Assembly: GCA_010909165.1 (NCBI GenBank)
Contig: MU008182.1
Coordinates: forward strand, 496,001-560,000
Reading direction: 5' to 3'
Origin: Anthoceros angustus
Taxonomy: Eukaryota; Plantae; Anthocerotophyta
Length of the DNA: 64,000 nucleotides
The notes under the pieces are model-generated. The model made no database searches, was not told where the DNA came from, and worked only from the letters and a program-made list of their open reading frames with translations. Positions 11,313-22,623 of the stretch are shown here, piece by piece; position 1 is the stretch's first letter; every line of letters begins with the position of its first letter. A program made the position numbers and the translations under genes.

Positions 11313-11662
11313 TTAGATGGGTTTCACGCATCTATACACCGTCCTTGTAGTATGCAGCGTGCGATGTCCTGGCTTCAGGAGTTCAGGAGAAAATAGCAGT
11401 GCGCTTTTCTTTCGAACAAGCCAACCGTATGCAAGCTTCGAGCATTGCTGGTCGCTGGAAAGCCGGATTCAAGTGTTCATGTACGAAGATACACCCGTGC
11501 CCACATCCCTTCAAGGATGAAGGGTGAAGCTTGCAGCAAATAGTTGAGGCCCCCAACGTGAAAACGTAGAACGAATCCTTAAGGAGCATGCTCAGAGTGC
11601 ACCCTGCCCTCGGGAGAAGGGGAGACACATTGCACTCTGGCAGGCTTGCTTGTCTCTCAGGG

Positions 11663-12878
11663 TCAGCGTTCGGCTTGTATCAAGAGAAACCGCAAATGTG
11701 ACCAGGAATGGGTCCGGACCTGCACAACTCTGGGTGAAGCCAAGTTACTGGGCGCAAACCACAATCCATGCCCTTCGTTTTGGTAGTTCACAGACCCGGC
11801 AGAAGTGGACGTGGATAAGCTGAAGAGCCCAACGCCCTGCACAAAGTACTCGTTACAGTGCAACGTGAACAAGAAGAGCAAGGCAAAACCCGAAGCCTAT
11901 GTGTGTACTAGTACCTCCAGGACATAAACAAGAACTCCAGTGTTGAGCTTCACAGAAAACTGAGCTGCGGAACTCGGGCGCATTGACACATCTAGCAGTT
12001 GCTACACGTCATTACAAACGCCAAGGTCAACACAAGAGGCAGTCAAAGGGTGCAGGAATACACACAGGCATGGAAGACCCAGCATGAAATTTAAAACGTT
12101 GCCGACAGACAAACAGAACTTACAAATTCATGTAACGGTGCAGCGGCCTGCAAACCCGCAAACTCCCCGGCCACCACCTTCACAACGGCACCACCCTCGT
12201 CCCCCTGCTCCGTCAGCACATGCCGCACGCTTCCTGGGCCTCTCACATGGAAAACAAAGGGCACAGCAGCCTGCCCACGCGAAACATCGTCCATCGACTG
12301 AGGAGCTCCCTTGCCCAAGCTCATGCTAGATACGTAATGCAACTGAACTCCATGCCTAGGCTGCAACATCGCCTCCCCCTCGGGGGACTCCTCATCCTCA
12401 TCCTCATCCCCATCGCCCTCCAGGTAGTAAACCAGACTCTCCAGCAGAAGCCCAGCCTCAGCCACCGGCAGTCCTCCATTGCTGGGGCCCAAAAAGAACT
12501 CATCCAGCGCCAGCAGCCGCCCGATACCTGCAGGCTGCGCATCCGCCACAGTCAATCACAGCCATGCCAGGCAGCAACAGAATGCATCCAAACCCTAACG
12601 CCCACAACCCACAAACACGCACCTGGGAGAGCTTCCGATCCAGGCCCCATCACCCGAACGGTGTCAGCCTTGTCGGACACGCGTGACGCCGTGACGGTAA
12701 CCGCAGCAGCCAGAGCGAAAGACACCACGACCCTCCTGCCCTTGCGGGCGGCAGAAGGGGAGGCGACGACACCGGTGTTCCATCTTCCCCAAGCCTGGCA
12801 CCCGAGCGAGCTGCAGAGCCTCGGGCCGGCTGGGGATGAGGGAGAGAGCATGGGCATGCGCTGCAGCAGAGCCGCCAT
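11663..12878 (-). CDS. Pirin-like bicupin protein with predicted plastid transit peptide, 306 aa, 4 exons (12878-12623, 12527-12124, 12001-11915, 11836-11663)
   Basis: Phase-consistent GT-AG introns give 921 nt; pirin-like motifs LLALDEF, GGLP...ESLVYYLEG, VKVVAGEF, LLDVSM, VYVLEGVGLF, RFLLI; Ser/Arg/Ala-rich N-terminus. Confidence 0.8.
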
Positions 12879-14132
12879 TGGTGGAATCCGGAAAAATTCA
12901 AACCCGCAACCGCAACCCCCCCCTGGCCCTGGTCCGGAGGAAAGTGAGGGAGCAGGGAATCGGGACTCCCGATTCTCAGACCGAGCACCAAGTCAAAGGC
13001 GGTAGAGCAGGACTGGTAGGAATTGGGGCAACGAGGCAAGTTGGAAGTCGGGCTGAGATCCTGCCACAAAATGAGCTATATGTTCCTACTGTGCCGTCAC
13101 AGTGCACAGAGCCCGTTCACATGGTCCTGTAAGACAGTAGCATGATCTCAGGCAGATATGCAGGGCAAGGAGGTGCGAATTGCAGGCACGTCAGGGACCG
13201 GGCGACGGATGCTCCTGCTCCGGACCCGGACCCGGACTGTGTGCGAGAAGGCAAGCCGTATCTCTCCCCAGTTGCCCACAATTGTATTTTATTTCCCGCC
13301 CCGAATATTGCAAACAAAACAACAATTCTTCCATTCTTCCAAGGATAAACTCGGAATCTGAGGCGCGCGTGTGTTGGAGGCTGGAGCTGCGGAAATGCTC
13401 CACCGCTTGACAGTTATGGGAAGGAGTGTAGAGCGCGGCCTAATTACGTTTACGTGTACCTTGTAAGCAGCGAGGTTGCGGCCGTTGCGGGGGCAACAGA
13501 ATCCGTGGACGGTGGGGCCGAGCCGGGCCGGGTGGCCCGGGGCCCGGGGCCCGGGCCCGAGGGGCGCCCGGCCTCCCCGCCATGCAAATATAGGCAGCCG
13601 CTGACGCCCGAGCTGATGCGCAAAAGCCTCCCTCCTCCAGTACAACTGTACCCGAGGCCCCTCCACCAGCAAAGGGGAGATTTCCGGGCAGGAACAAAAT
13701 CCCGTTGCTGTTGCCGCGTTGCCGCATTGCCGCTGCCGCTGCCGCTGCCGCTGGCCAAGGCCGTCAAGTCTCACCGCCCAACATCCCCCTGGCTGCTGGC
13801 TGCTGGCTGCTGGCTGCTGCTGCATCTGCATCTGCATCTGCTGCGTCCATAAAAATTTCAAGTCCGTTTGACAAGAAGAAAACAAGGGCTGTGCGCGTGC
13901 AAGGCACACAGGCCCGGCACTGGGTCTCCAGGGACTCCAGGTCCAGGACCGGCCTGCTCCAGGCTCCTCTGTCCTGTCCTTTATCCTACGCATTTTTGCA
14001 CTTCGGGCCCCGGTTTACAGCTCCGCATCGCCAGCAGTACCAGTGCTGCCCATGGGTAAAAGTATCTTAAACAGGGGTACAATGAACATATGTACATGTA
14101 TGAGATCTGCGGATCCACGGTCTGCAGCTCTA

Positions 14133-14187
14133 GACTGCCGACTGCCGACTTGCGACTGCCGACTTGCGACTGCCGACTGCCGACTGC
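14133..14187. repeat. (GACTGCC/GACTTGC)n heptamer array with five GCCGAC cores
   Basis: Direct reading of the sequence. Confidence 0.85.
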
Positions 14188-16354
14188 TTCTGGTGACGAG
14201 TCGATCACATACCATACATCGTTCCGACTCTGATTTACTTAGCGGACAGGGTGTTTTTGGGCAGGTTGCAGCAATGCACCTGCAGGGTCCCGTCCAGGAG
14301 AGTCCATGGACCGGGGACCAGGGACCAGGCTCCAGGCTCCAGGCTGAAGCTGGCAGGTTGAGCAACTTGGGCCCCGGTGCAGTTTTTTGTTTGGCGGGGC
14401 GGGAGAAATGATGAGGCCCTTGCATCTCGTGGGACGGCGCGCGCTCTCCGGTTCTCTTCCCAAGTTAACGCGATGCTGTTCCTGCGCTCGGGATGCGTGT
14501 GTTCACGGCGTTCCGTTACCGCACGCACTTGACATACATATGATCAAGCTTGCGACAGGATTGATGGATGGGCAATTGTGCATTACATTTGTGTTAGGTG
14601 GGTGGGTTATGTGGTTTGTGCAGGATTCGCATACATGCGTATGGTGATGGGTGATGCATTTGGGCATGGAAGAGGTCAGAGTTTGACTTGATGGCCGGGG
14701 CCGGCGTAGGAGCGGGCGCAGGGCAGTGCACCAGCACAGGCACTGGAGTGTGGCAGGCCAGGCGAATAATGGATGGAGAAGAAGAAGGCATGTGGGCGAG
14801 TACGTACGTGGATTGAATAGGGAAAAGAAATCGGGGCGTGGAAGAAGCTTTTGGTGGTGGTGGGGGAACCCGGAAGAAGGAAAAACAAATGAGATGGAGG
14901 GAATATCTTGGAAGGCAAGCTAGCGACATTAATGAGGTCGCATAGCGGCGGGAGAACGTGCGGTCGGGCACGCGCAATTTGCAAACCGCAAACCGCAAAC
15001 TGCAAAATGCAAAGCGAGCGGCGCCGGAGGCCGCGGTCCAGGCAGACGCCTCCCGTCCTCTCTTTTTCCAGCCCTGCCCTTGCTTTGCCTTTGCCGTAAA
15101 TAGTCAGGGACGACAGAGACGAGACTGCATTACAATTTGCGTTCCGGTTTTGTCATGACAGAGGAGCCGGGAGCCTGCTCCCTGCCCTGTTAACACCATT
15201 TGCGAATCGTATCGGACCGAAACTCCCCAAATCCAAATTTTGTGCTCCACTCAGTGGAAAGGCTAAAATTAGCACAGCACCTATCCCGTTACTTACATCA
15301 CACGACAGGACAGGACTACATATGTACAGGACTGGACCCCTGCTGTTCCGTTCCGTTCCGTTCCGTGGTCCTGCTTTACGTGTATGTATGTATGTACATA
15401 CGTACGTACATGCAGTGGTGATGAGAAGGCCTGTACAAATTTTCAAGATCGTGGTTGCAGTCAGTGCTTGTGGCAATGAGTCGTCATAAATGCAAAGGTG
15501 AAGGCAGAGCCGAGGCGATCAAACTTCGAGCCCCTGACTTTCCACGTACCAGAACGTCAGGGGGGCAACGCTTTCAACCAAGGCCGGTTTTTGGCGCGCA
15601 CAAAACAAAAACCAGACCAGCGCTTAACGTGAGGATAAGATGGCTGTATTACAAGAACTTTTTTGGAGTGGGCAGTGGGGAAGCGAATATAAGTTGGTGC
15701 ACCGCTGTGTACATAGTGTGCATCGGAACGGAGTCCGTGGCCCGTTGCTGTTGGGCGTTGCTTTGTGTGCCTCGGGTGCTCCGCTTTTCCGGGTTGGGTG
15801 TCCGTGGCGGCGGGCAGGCACAGGCACAGGCACAGGCATGGGCAGGCGTCCGGCCGGAGCCCACCGCGAGGCCACCGGCACCGGCAGCGACACCGGCACC
15901 GGCAGCGGCAGCGGCACCGGGAGCCGGGGCCACCCGGCGCCCGCCCAAGAGCTTATCACCGATGTTATTACTCATGGGTAGTGGGCTGTAGGCGAAGGAA
16001 ATGGCTAGAAGCAGGCGGTGTTTGTTTGAGAGCCTTGCCTTGGTCGAGGAGTTAGATATGTGGTGGTGGATAGGCTGTGGGAGCGGTGCATGGGAAATTG
16101 CGATCGAAATTTCTGGTCGATTTGCACTAGGGAGCAGGGAGAGAAAGGCAAGATCCTCGGGAATGAGAAAAAAGGACAAAGGGTGATGTGGAAGAGCGGA
16201 GTTGGAGAAACAAGTCAGAGAAAAAAAAGGAGAAAAAAAGGGTTGGTACATAAACAACGTTGGGAAGTATGTGCGGATGGGATGTTGTCGCAAATAAAAA
16301 AAACGAGAGGGGGAATAATAATGGAATAAAATCGGAAATTGGGAGGGAAGAGGA

Positions 16355-16393
16355 AGGGAAGGGAAGGGAAGGGAAGGGAAGGGAAGGGAAGGG
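16355..16393. repeat. (AAGGG)n microsatellite
   Basis: Direct reading of the sequence. Confidence 0.9.
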
Positions 16394-17119
16394 CAAGGGC
16401 TACAGTGGGGCGGGCCCGTGAGACAGCAGCGACAGGGCCGTCACGGGGACGGGGACAGGCCCGGCCCAGCCAAGCCCTTTGGACCTCGAACGATACAACG
16501 CCGGGCGATGCGGAAAGTGAGCAGCTGCACGAGGCCCTGGGACAGCGGAAAGCGGGGCCCGGGCAGCGGGCAGCGGGCAGCAGGCACAGCCCCAAAGACC
16601 GTGGTTGCGACTTGTAGTCGGCCGGGCCTCCTCCGGGACACACACACCTTGGAGTTTTGATGGCAAGCGTGTGTGTGGAAGAGTGAGGCCCACCAGGCGC
16701 ACCCCGGTGGCCGGTAATCCGTCACTCTCGCTTGCCGGTGCCTCCTGACACCACATCCATCCACGCCATGCCATGTCCATGTTCTATATGACATAGGTAT
16801 GTATGTCATGATCCCGTGGCATCCGTTCCGTACCCAACACCGAACCGTACCGTACCGAGCCTCGGCCTTTCAGCGCCTCGTTGTAGGGACGGCTGGGAAC
16901 GGGGTACATACGAGGGCCGGGCCCACGTCCGTTCGCCTCGATCGGGTGTCCGGGCTCTGGGACCTCGGGCCCCGAGAAGCCAAAAAAAATCCAACACGAA
17001 AACAAAATGAAAGCTGGGAGCCGGGAGCCGGGAGCCGGGTGCTCTCGCCCCTGTTAAAAATCAGACAAGCGCATCGCTTCGTGCTTGGTCCGCGTCAACC
17101 TGTTGTAACCTGCCCACTC

Positions 17120-18106
17120 GGGGCCCGAGGTCCTCCCTTCCAGGGACTGACGTCCACACATGGGTTCGTCGAAACTCCCCTGTCGATGGCCAGCCTCATG
17201 GCTCCTCCACGGGACTGCCTTGTACTTGTTTCTAGTTCAAATTCCCAGTGCGGGACTTTGATGTGCACTACTGTGAAAATATCTATAAAATCTCCGAATT
17301 CCCGAGCACCCTTTGCAAAGATTTGATATGGTTTCATTTTTTGCAGGCGGTGGTGGCAGTGCGCCGGGAGTAGGGAGTCGGAGTCGGGAGTAGGCCTGGC
17401 GGAGACCGGTGACTGGCCGGCACGTGGGCGGGCAGCAGGCGGTTCCTACGGTCTACCCTCCTTCCGCCCGCCCGGGCCGGCTCCCGGGCCTGGGCCCGGG
17501 CCTGGGCCCTGGCTGCCGGCGACTCCGACTTGGCTGGACACGCGGCCGCCCAGCCCTTCCTATTCCAGCGCTACAGGGGGACCCGGGGCGCCAGGGGCCA
17601 GGGGCCAGGGGCCGGGGCCCGAGGTCCTCCTTCCAGGGACTGACGTCCACACATGGGTTCGTCGAAACTCCCTGTCGATGGCCAGCCTCATGGCTCCTCC
17701 ACGGGACTGCCTTGTACTTGTTTCTAGTTCAAATTCCCAGTGCGGGACTTTGATGTGCACTACTGTGAAAATATCTATAAAATCTCCGAATTCCCGAGCA
17801 CCCTTTGCAAAGATTTGATATGGTTTCATTTTTTGCAGGCGGTGGTGGCAGTGCGCCGGGAGTAGGGAGTCGGGAGTCGGGAGTAGGCCTGGCGGAGACC
17901 GGTGACTGGCCGGCACGTGGGCGGGCAGCAGGCGGTTCCTACGGTCTACCCTCCTTCCGCCCGCCCGGGCCGGCTCCCGGGCCTGGGCCCGGGCCTGGGC
18001 CCTGGCTGCCGGCGACCTGACTTGGCTGGACACGCGGCCGCCCAGCCCTTCCTATTCCAGCGCTACAGGGGGACCCGGGGCGCCAGGGGCCAGGGGCCGG
18101 GGCCCG
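17120..18106. repeat. Near-identical ~494-bp tandem duplication
   Basis: Copies 17120-17613 and 17614-18106, bounded by GGGGCCCG; differences are almost all small indels. Confidence 0.95.
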
Positions 18107-18244
18107 GGAACGGCAACCAAGCTTGTGTAATTTTAGCGAACAACAAACAATAGTTGGTAGCCAAGCCTTTCCTCTCATCAAGGGCCCTCCCCCGTTTCCC
18201 TTCTCCTGTTCTTTGGCCCGTTCCCCGTTCCAGGGAGCTGGGCC

Positions 18245-18398
18245 CTGGAGCTGGAGCTGGAGCTGGAGCTGGAGCTGGAGCTGGAGCTGGAGCTGGAACT
18301 GGAGCTGGAGCTGGAGCTGGCGCTGGCGCTGGCGCTGGCGCTGGCGCTGGCGCTGGCGCTGGCGCTGGCGCTGCAACTGGAGCTGGAGCTGGAGCTGG
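18245..18398. repeat. Compound hexamer array (CTGGAG)n(CTGGCG)n(CTGGAG)n
   Basis: Direct reading; source of the poly-QL/QR/AG ORFs in the track. Confidence 0.95.
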
Positions 18399-18685
18399 CC
18401 TGGCTTCCCTAGTTTGAGGAAGACGAGGGGAACCCAGGCCGGTGCCGGTGCCCGTGCCGGTGCCCGTGCCCGTGCCGGGCCCACCCCGAGTCTACGAGGT
18501 CGTTGTCGGCCTAGAAGCACGCCGTCCCTTGGAAAAGCTGCCATGCCCCATTACACCCATGCCGCATGGGCCGCATGGGCCTGTGTCCTTGGATGATGCT
18601 CCATGCCCATGCCCATGCCCATGGCAAAGGGCAACGACGGACCGGGAGGCGACGACCAGGGATGACAGGCGCCGCCTGGGAGTGA

Positions 18686-18770
18686 TCCTGGTCCTGGTCC
18701 TGGTCCTGGTCCCGGTCCCGGTCCCGGTCCCGGTCCCGGTCCTGGTCCTGGTCCTGGTCCTGGCTCTGGC
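18686..18770. repeat. Compound hexamer array (TCCTGG)n(TCCCGG)n(TCCTGG)n
   Basis: Direct reading of the sequence. Confidence 0.9.
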
Positions 18771-19632
18771 CCAGGCCATGGCCGACTAGACGCTAGCGGC
18801 AAAAGCCTAGCGCCTAGCCGAAACCGGCTTTCCCTGCGTGTCGCGAAAGCGATGGTGGCCGACCGCCCTGTGGCCAAGGCCCTGAAATGGGGCCCAATGC
18901 CTCCCAACAATGCCTGCTTTCTCTACGTGTAAGTACCTATGGTACAGCGTGTAGAGTGGCGACCCGGTCGTCCTAGCATGCGAAAGCGGAAAGCGGAAAG
19001 CGGAAATACATTCCCAACGACTAGGTATGTACACGGGTAGGGGGAATACTATGTGTACGTGAATGCAGTCCGTAGGGGTGGGGTAGATATGAGGAGAAGC
19101 CGGGCGAGCCGGGGCCCGGGCGGGAATTGGGAATGGGGATTGGGAATGGGAATGGGGCTCATGATTAGCTAGCGTGCTCTTAGCGCCACTTTAATGATGG
19201 CCGCACCTGCTCCGCGCATGCTCTCCGAACCATTAATAAGGGCCCGGCCGCCGCTGTGCGCGTCCGAAAGTGACGCCATCATCACAACCAGGCCTGTGGG
19301 CCTGTGGGCCTCTGGGCCTCTGGCCAATGCATGCATATGTACACATGACATGCTCATATTCCGGCCCCAAGGCGATCCCCCCCATCCGTTTTAATTTAAC
19401 CACTACCGAATAACGTTACATGTACGTACGTATGTATGTGCTAGCATAAACATGCGTATATACATGCATACATACATGCACAAGAAGCGGCAGGTGGCGG
19501 TGGCGCTGCCTGGTTTCCGGGCGGCGCCGAGCCCCGAGGAGCTCCAGCTCCATCGGGCTGGGAGCAGAGCGAGGGTCGCAACAGCATTGAGAAACAGCAA
19601 CAGCAACAGCAAAGCAGCGGCAGGCAGCAGAC

Positions 19633-19958
19633 TGCCAGTGCCCAGTGCCCAGTGCCCAGTGCCCAGTGCCCAGTGTCCAGTGTCCAGTGCCCAGTGCCCA
19701 GTGCCCAGTGCCCAGTGTCCAGTGTCCAGTGCCCAGTGCCCAGTGCCCAGTGCCCAGCGCCCAGTGCCCAGTGCCCAGCGCCCAGCGCCCAGTGCCCAGT
19801 TCCCAGTTCCCAGTTCCCAGTACCCAGTACCCAGTACCCAGTACCCAGCCCCAGCCCCAGCGCCCAGCCCCAGCCCCAGCCCCAGCCCCAGCCTCAGCCC
19901 CAGCCCCAGCCCCAGACCCAGCCCCAGCCCCAGACCCAGCCCCAGACCCAGCCCCAGC
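19633..19958. repeat. Graded heptamer-to-hexamer array CCCAGTG > CCCAGTT > CCCAGTA > CCCCAG > CCCAGA
   Basis: Direct reading; unit sequence changes progressively along the array. Confidence 0.95.
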
Positions 19959-20440
19959 GCCTCTGCGTAACGTAACAGGCCCCAATGGGAAGCACGACCC
20001 CTGCCTTAAACACCTGTCTGTCTGCCTGGAATGGCGCGCGGGCCCCACCGCGTCCCCCCTCTCTCTTCCCGCCTAGAGAGAGAGCGCGGCACTAAAAGCC
20101 TCGCTGCTCGGCCTCCATCTCTTTCGTTGCTCCTCCTGCTTCCTGCTTCTCCTCTCCTTTCCTTCCTCGCCTCCTCCTCCTCTCCTCCCTTCCTTCCCTT
20201 CTCCTGCCTTTGGCTGCCCCGAACCCCTCCCGCGCCCTTCACCAATTCGCGCCTTCAATTGCTCGCCTCGAATGCGTCTCCCCGCCCGGCGCCTAGCCAT
20301 GGCGGAGTCGCGTCTCCGCCTCCCTCGTCCTCTCCGGGGGACCTGACCTCGTCTCCACTCTGCTCGACTCGCCTCGACTCCCGTCTTTTCTTTTCCTCCT
20401 TGTGTCGCTTGGCTTGGGGAAGGCTTCCCTTCCTTCCACC

Positions 20441-22623
20441 ATGTCGGCTGCCACGGTGATGAGGAGCTACGGTCACATCCTCTCCCCGGGGCTGTTCCCG
20501 CAGGACCCGCTGCCGCTGGGGAACCACTTCAAGTGGGGCGGCTCGCAATGGATGGACACCAAGCAGCAGCCGCAGCCGCTGCCGCAGCAGCAGGCGGAGC
20601 CGGACTACTTCGCCGGATTGGATCTGGGCTTCCCATGGTGAAGGCGGAGCAGGGCTCGCTGGGCTTGGTACCCAGCGAGCCCAAGAGCGTGCTGGATTTG
20701 CGGCCCAGCCTGGGGAACAGCCCCAACCAGTCCGATGTTACGGCCTCGGGTGCGGCAGCTTCAGCCGGGGGCGTTGCAGGAGGCAATTGCGCCGCCAAGC
20801 CGGCGGGGGATGATTTGTGCAGCTGGGTGAACAGCATGCCGGACCTGATCGCCATCCAGGCGGGGGAGGATCCCATGGCCACGTTCCCGCCCATCGTGGA
20901 TTCCGAGGAGCAGCAGGCGGCGCAGGCGGCGCAGGAATGCGGGCTGGACTTCGCCTCCTTCGACATGGCGCAATTCGGCATGCACCAGGACCTGTCGGAC
21001 TGCATCATGGACGGGGTGGGCGTCGATGTCGCGCACTCCTTCTCCTCCCGTTCCGACTCCCACTCCCACCACCTCAAGCATTCCGCTTCCTTCTCCGACT
21101 TCTCCTCCTTCGACGACCCACCGCCGCTCCGCCGCACCTCCACCTTCCCGGACTACCAGCAGCGGCAGCAGCAGCAGGACGCGGGGCTGGAGGAGCTGGT
21201 GTTCCCCCACTTCTCCCGCCTCCTGGACACGCATTTCATCGACAGCCACTCCTTCCAGCCGGCGGCCAACCCCGCCATCACACCCAAGCCCGCGGAGTCC
21301 GTGCTGCGGCAGGTCATCTCGGGCGGGGAGGAGGAGCAGCTGGTAGCCCTGCGCCCGACCCAGGAGCGGCTCGTCCCCGCCCAGCCCTTGGTGCAGGAGA
21401 ACCCGGGCCTGGTGCTCGTCCACCTCCTGCTGGGCTGCGCCGAGGCCATCAACGAGTGCGACGATGCGCTGGGAAGAGACATCCTCCCCCGCCTACTCGA
21501 CCACGCTTCTCCCTACGGTGACCCCATGCAGAGGATCGCCATCTACTTCGGGGAAGCTCTCCGAGAGCTGCTGGACAAGCGCCGGGCAGCCCTCCTCTTC
21601 CACCAGTCCCAGCAGCAGCAGCAGCAGCAACATCAGCTGCAGCAGCAACAACAACAGCTGCAACAGCAGCAGCAGCAGCAGGAGGAGATGGGTTCGAGGA
21701 TGGGAGACCAGAATGTCCCTGGTTCGAGCCTGGACCACGATCTGGCGTACCAGGCCATGTACCAGGTGCTGCCCTTCATCAAGTTCGCGCAATTCACAGG
21801 GAACCAGGCCATCCTGGACGCGGTGGGAAAGCGGGACAAGATCCACATCATCGACTTCGACATCAAGCAGGGGCTGCAATGGCCGGGGCTGATACAGTCG
21901 CTGGCGGTGCGGCAGGGGGGCCCGCCGGAGCTGAAGCTCACGGGGATCGGGACGGACGTCAGAGTGCTGGCGCACACGGGGCGGAGGCTGGCGGACTTCG
22001 CCGACTCGCTCAACGTGCGCCTGCACTTCAAGGCGGTGGTGGAGAAGGTGGAGAATCTGCACCCGCTGCTGTTCGATCTGGAGGGCGACGAGGGGCTGGC
22101 GGTGAACTGCCCCACCGTGCTGCACCGCCTGCTGCCCAGCCAGAACATGCTCGACAAGGTGCTGCGAATGGTGATGAACCTGCAGCCCGCCGTGGTGACG
22201 CTCCTGGAAGTGGAGGGCGCGCCCCACAACTCCTCCTTCATTTCCAGGTTTGTGGCCGCGCTGCACTACTACAGCGCAATGTTCGACTCTCTCGAGGCCA
22301 CGCTCGAGCGCGACTCCACCGAGCGCCTCCGCATCGAGAGCTTGTGTCTCGCCAACGAGATTCGCAACATCCTCGTCTGTGACGGTCAGCATGTCAGGAC
22401 CGACGTCTGGCGCTCCTACTTCCACCGGGCTGGGTTTACGGGGCTCTCTCTCAGCGAGCATGCTCTCTATCAGGCCAAGCTGCTGCTCGGACTCTATTCC
22501 TCTTCTTCCTACAAGCTCAACGACGACGGGTATTCTGCCACTCTGGGCTGGCAGGAAATCCCCGTCGTCGCTGTTTCTGCCTGGAGACCTCCTCCCCACC
22601 CTGTTGCAATGCTGCCCACCTAG
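20441..22623 (+). CDS. GRAS transcription factor 1, intronless; N-terminus interrupted by an apparent 1-nt deletion at 20632-20634
   Basis: LVHLLLGCAEA (LHRI), IHIIDFDIKQGLQWP (VHIID), RFVAALHYYSAMFDSL (PFYRE), LGWQ...VSAWR (SAW); EPKSVLD N-terminal motif; upstream frame 20441-20641 has the gene's GC3-rich codon style. Confidence 0.93.

Noticed and set aside
13289-20076. Many 100-230 aa ORFs (poly-QR, AG, PVPSAQC and similar)
   Set aside because: Translations of GC-rich microsatellites that lack stop codons in several frames
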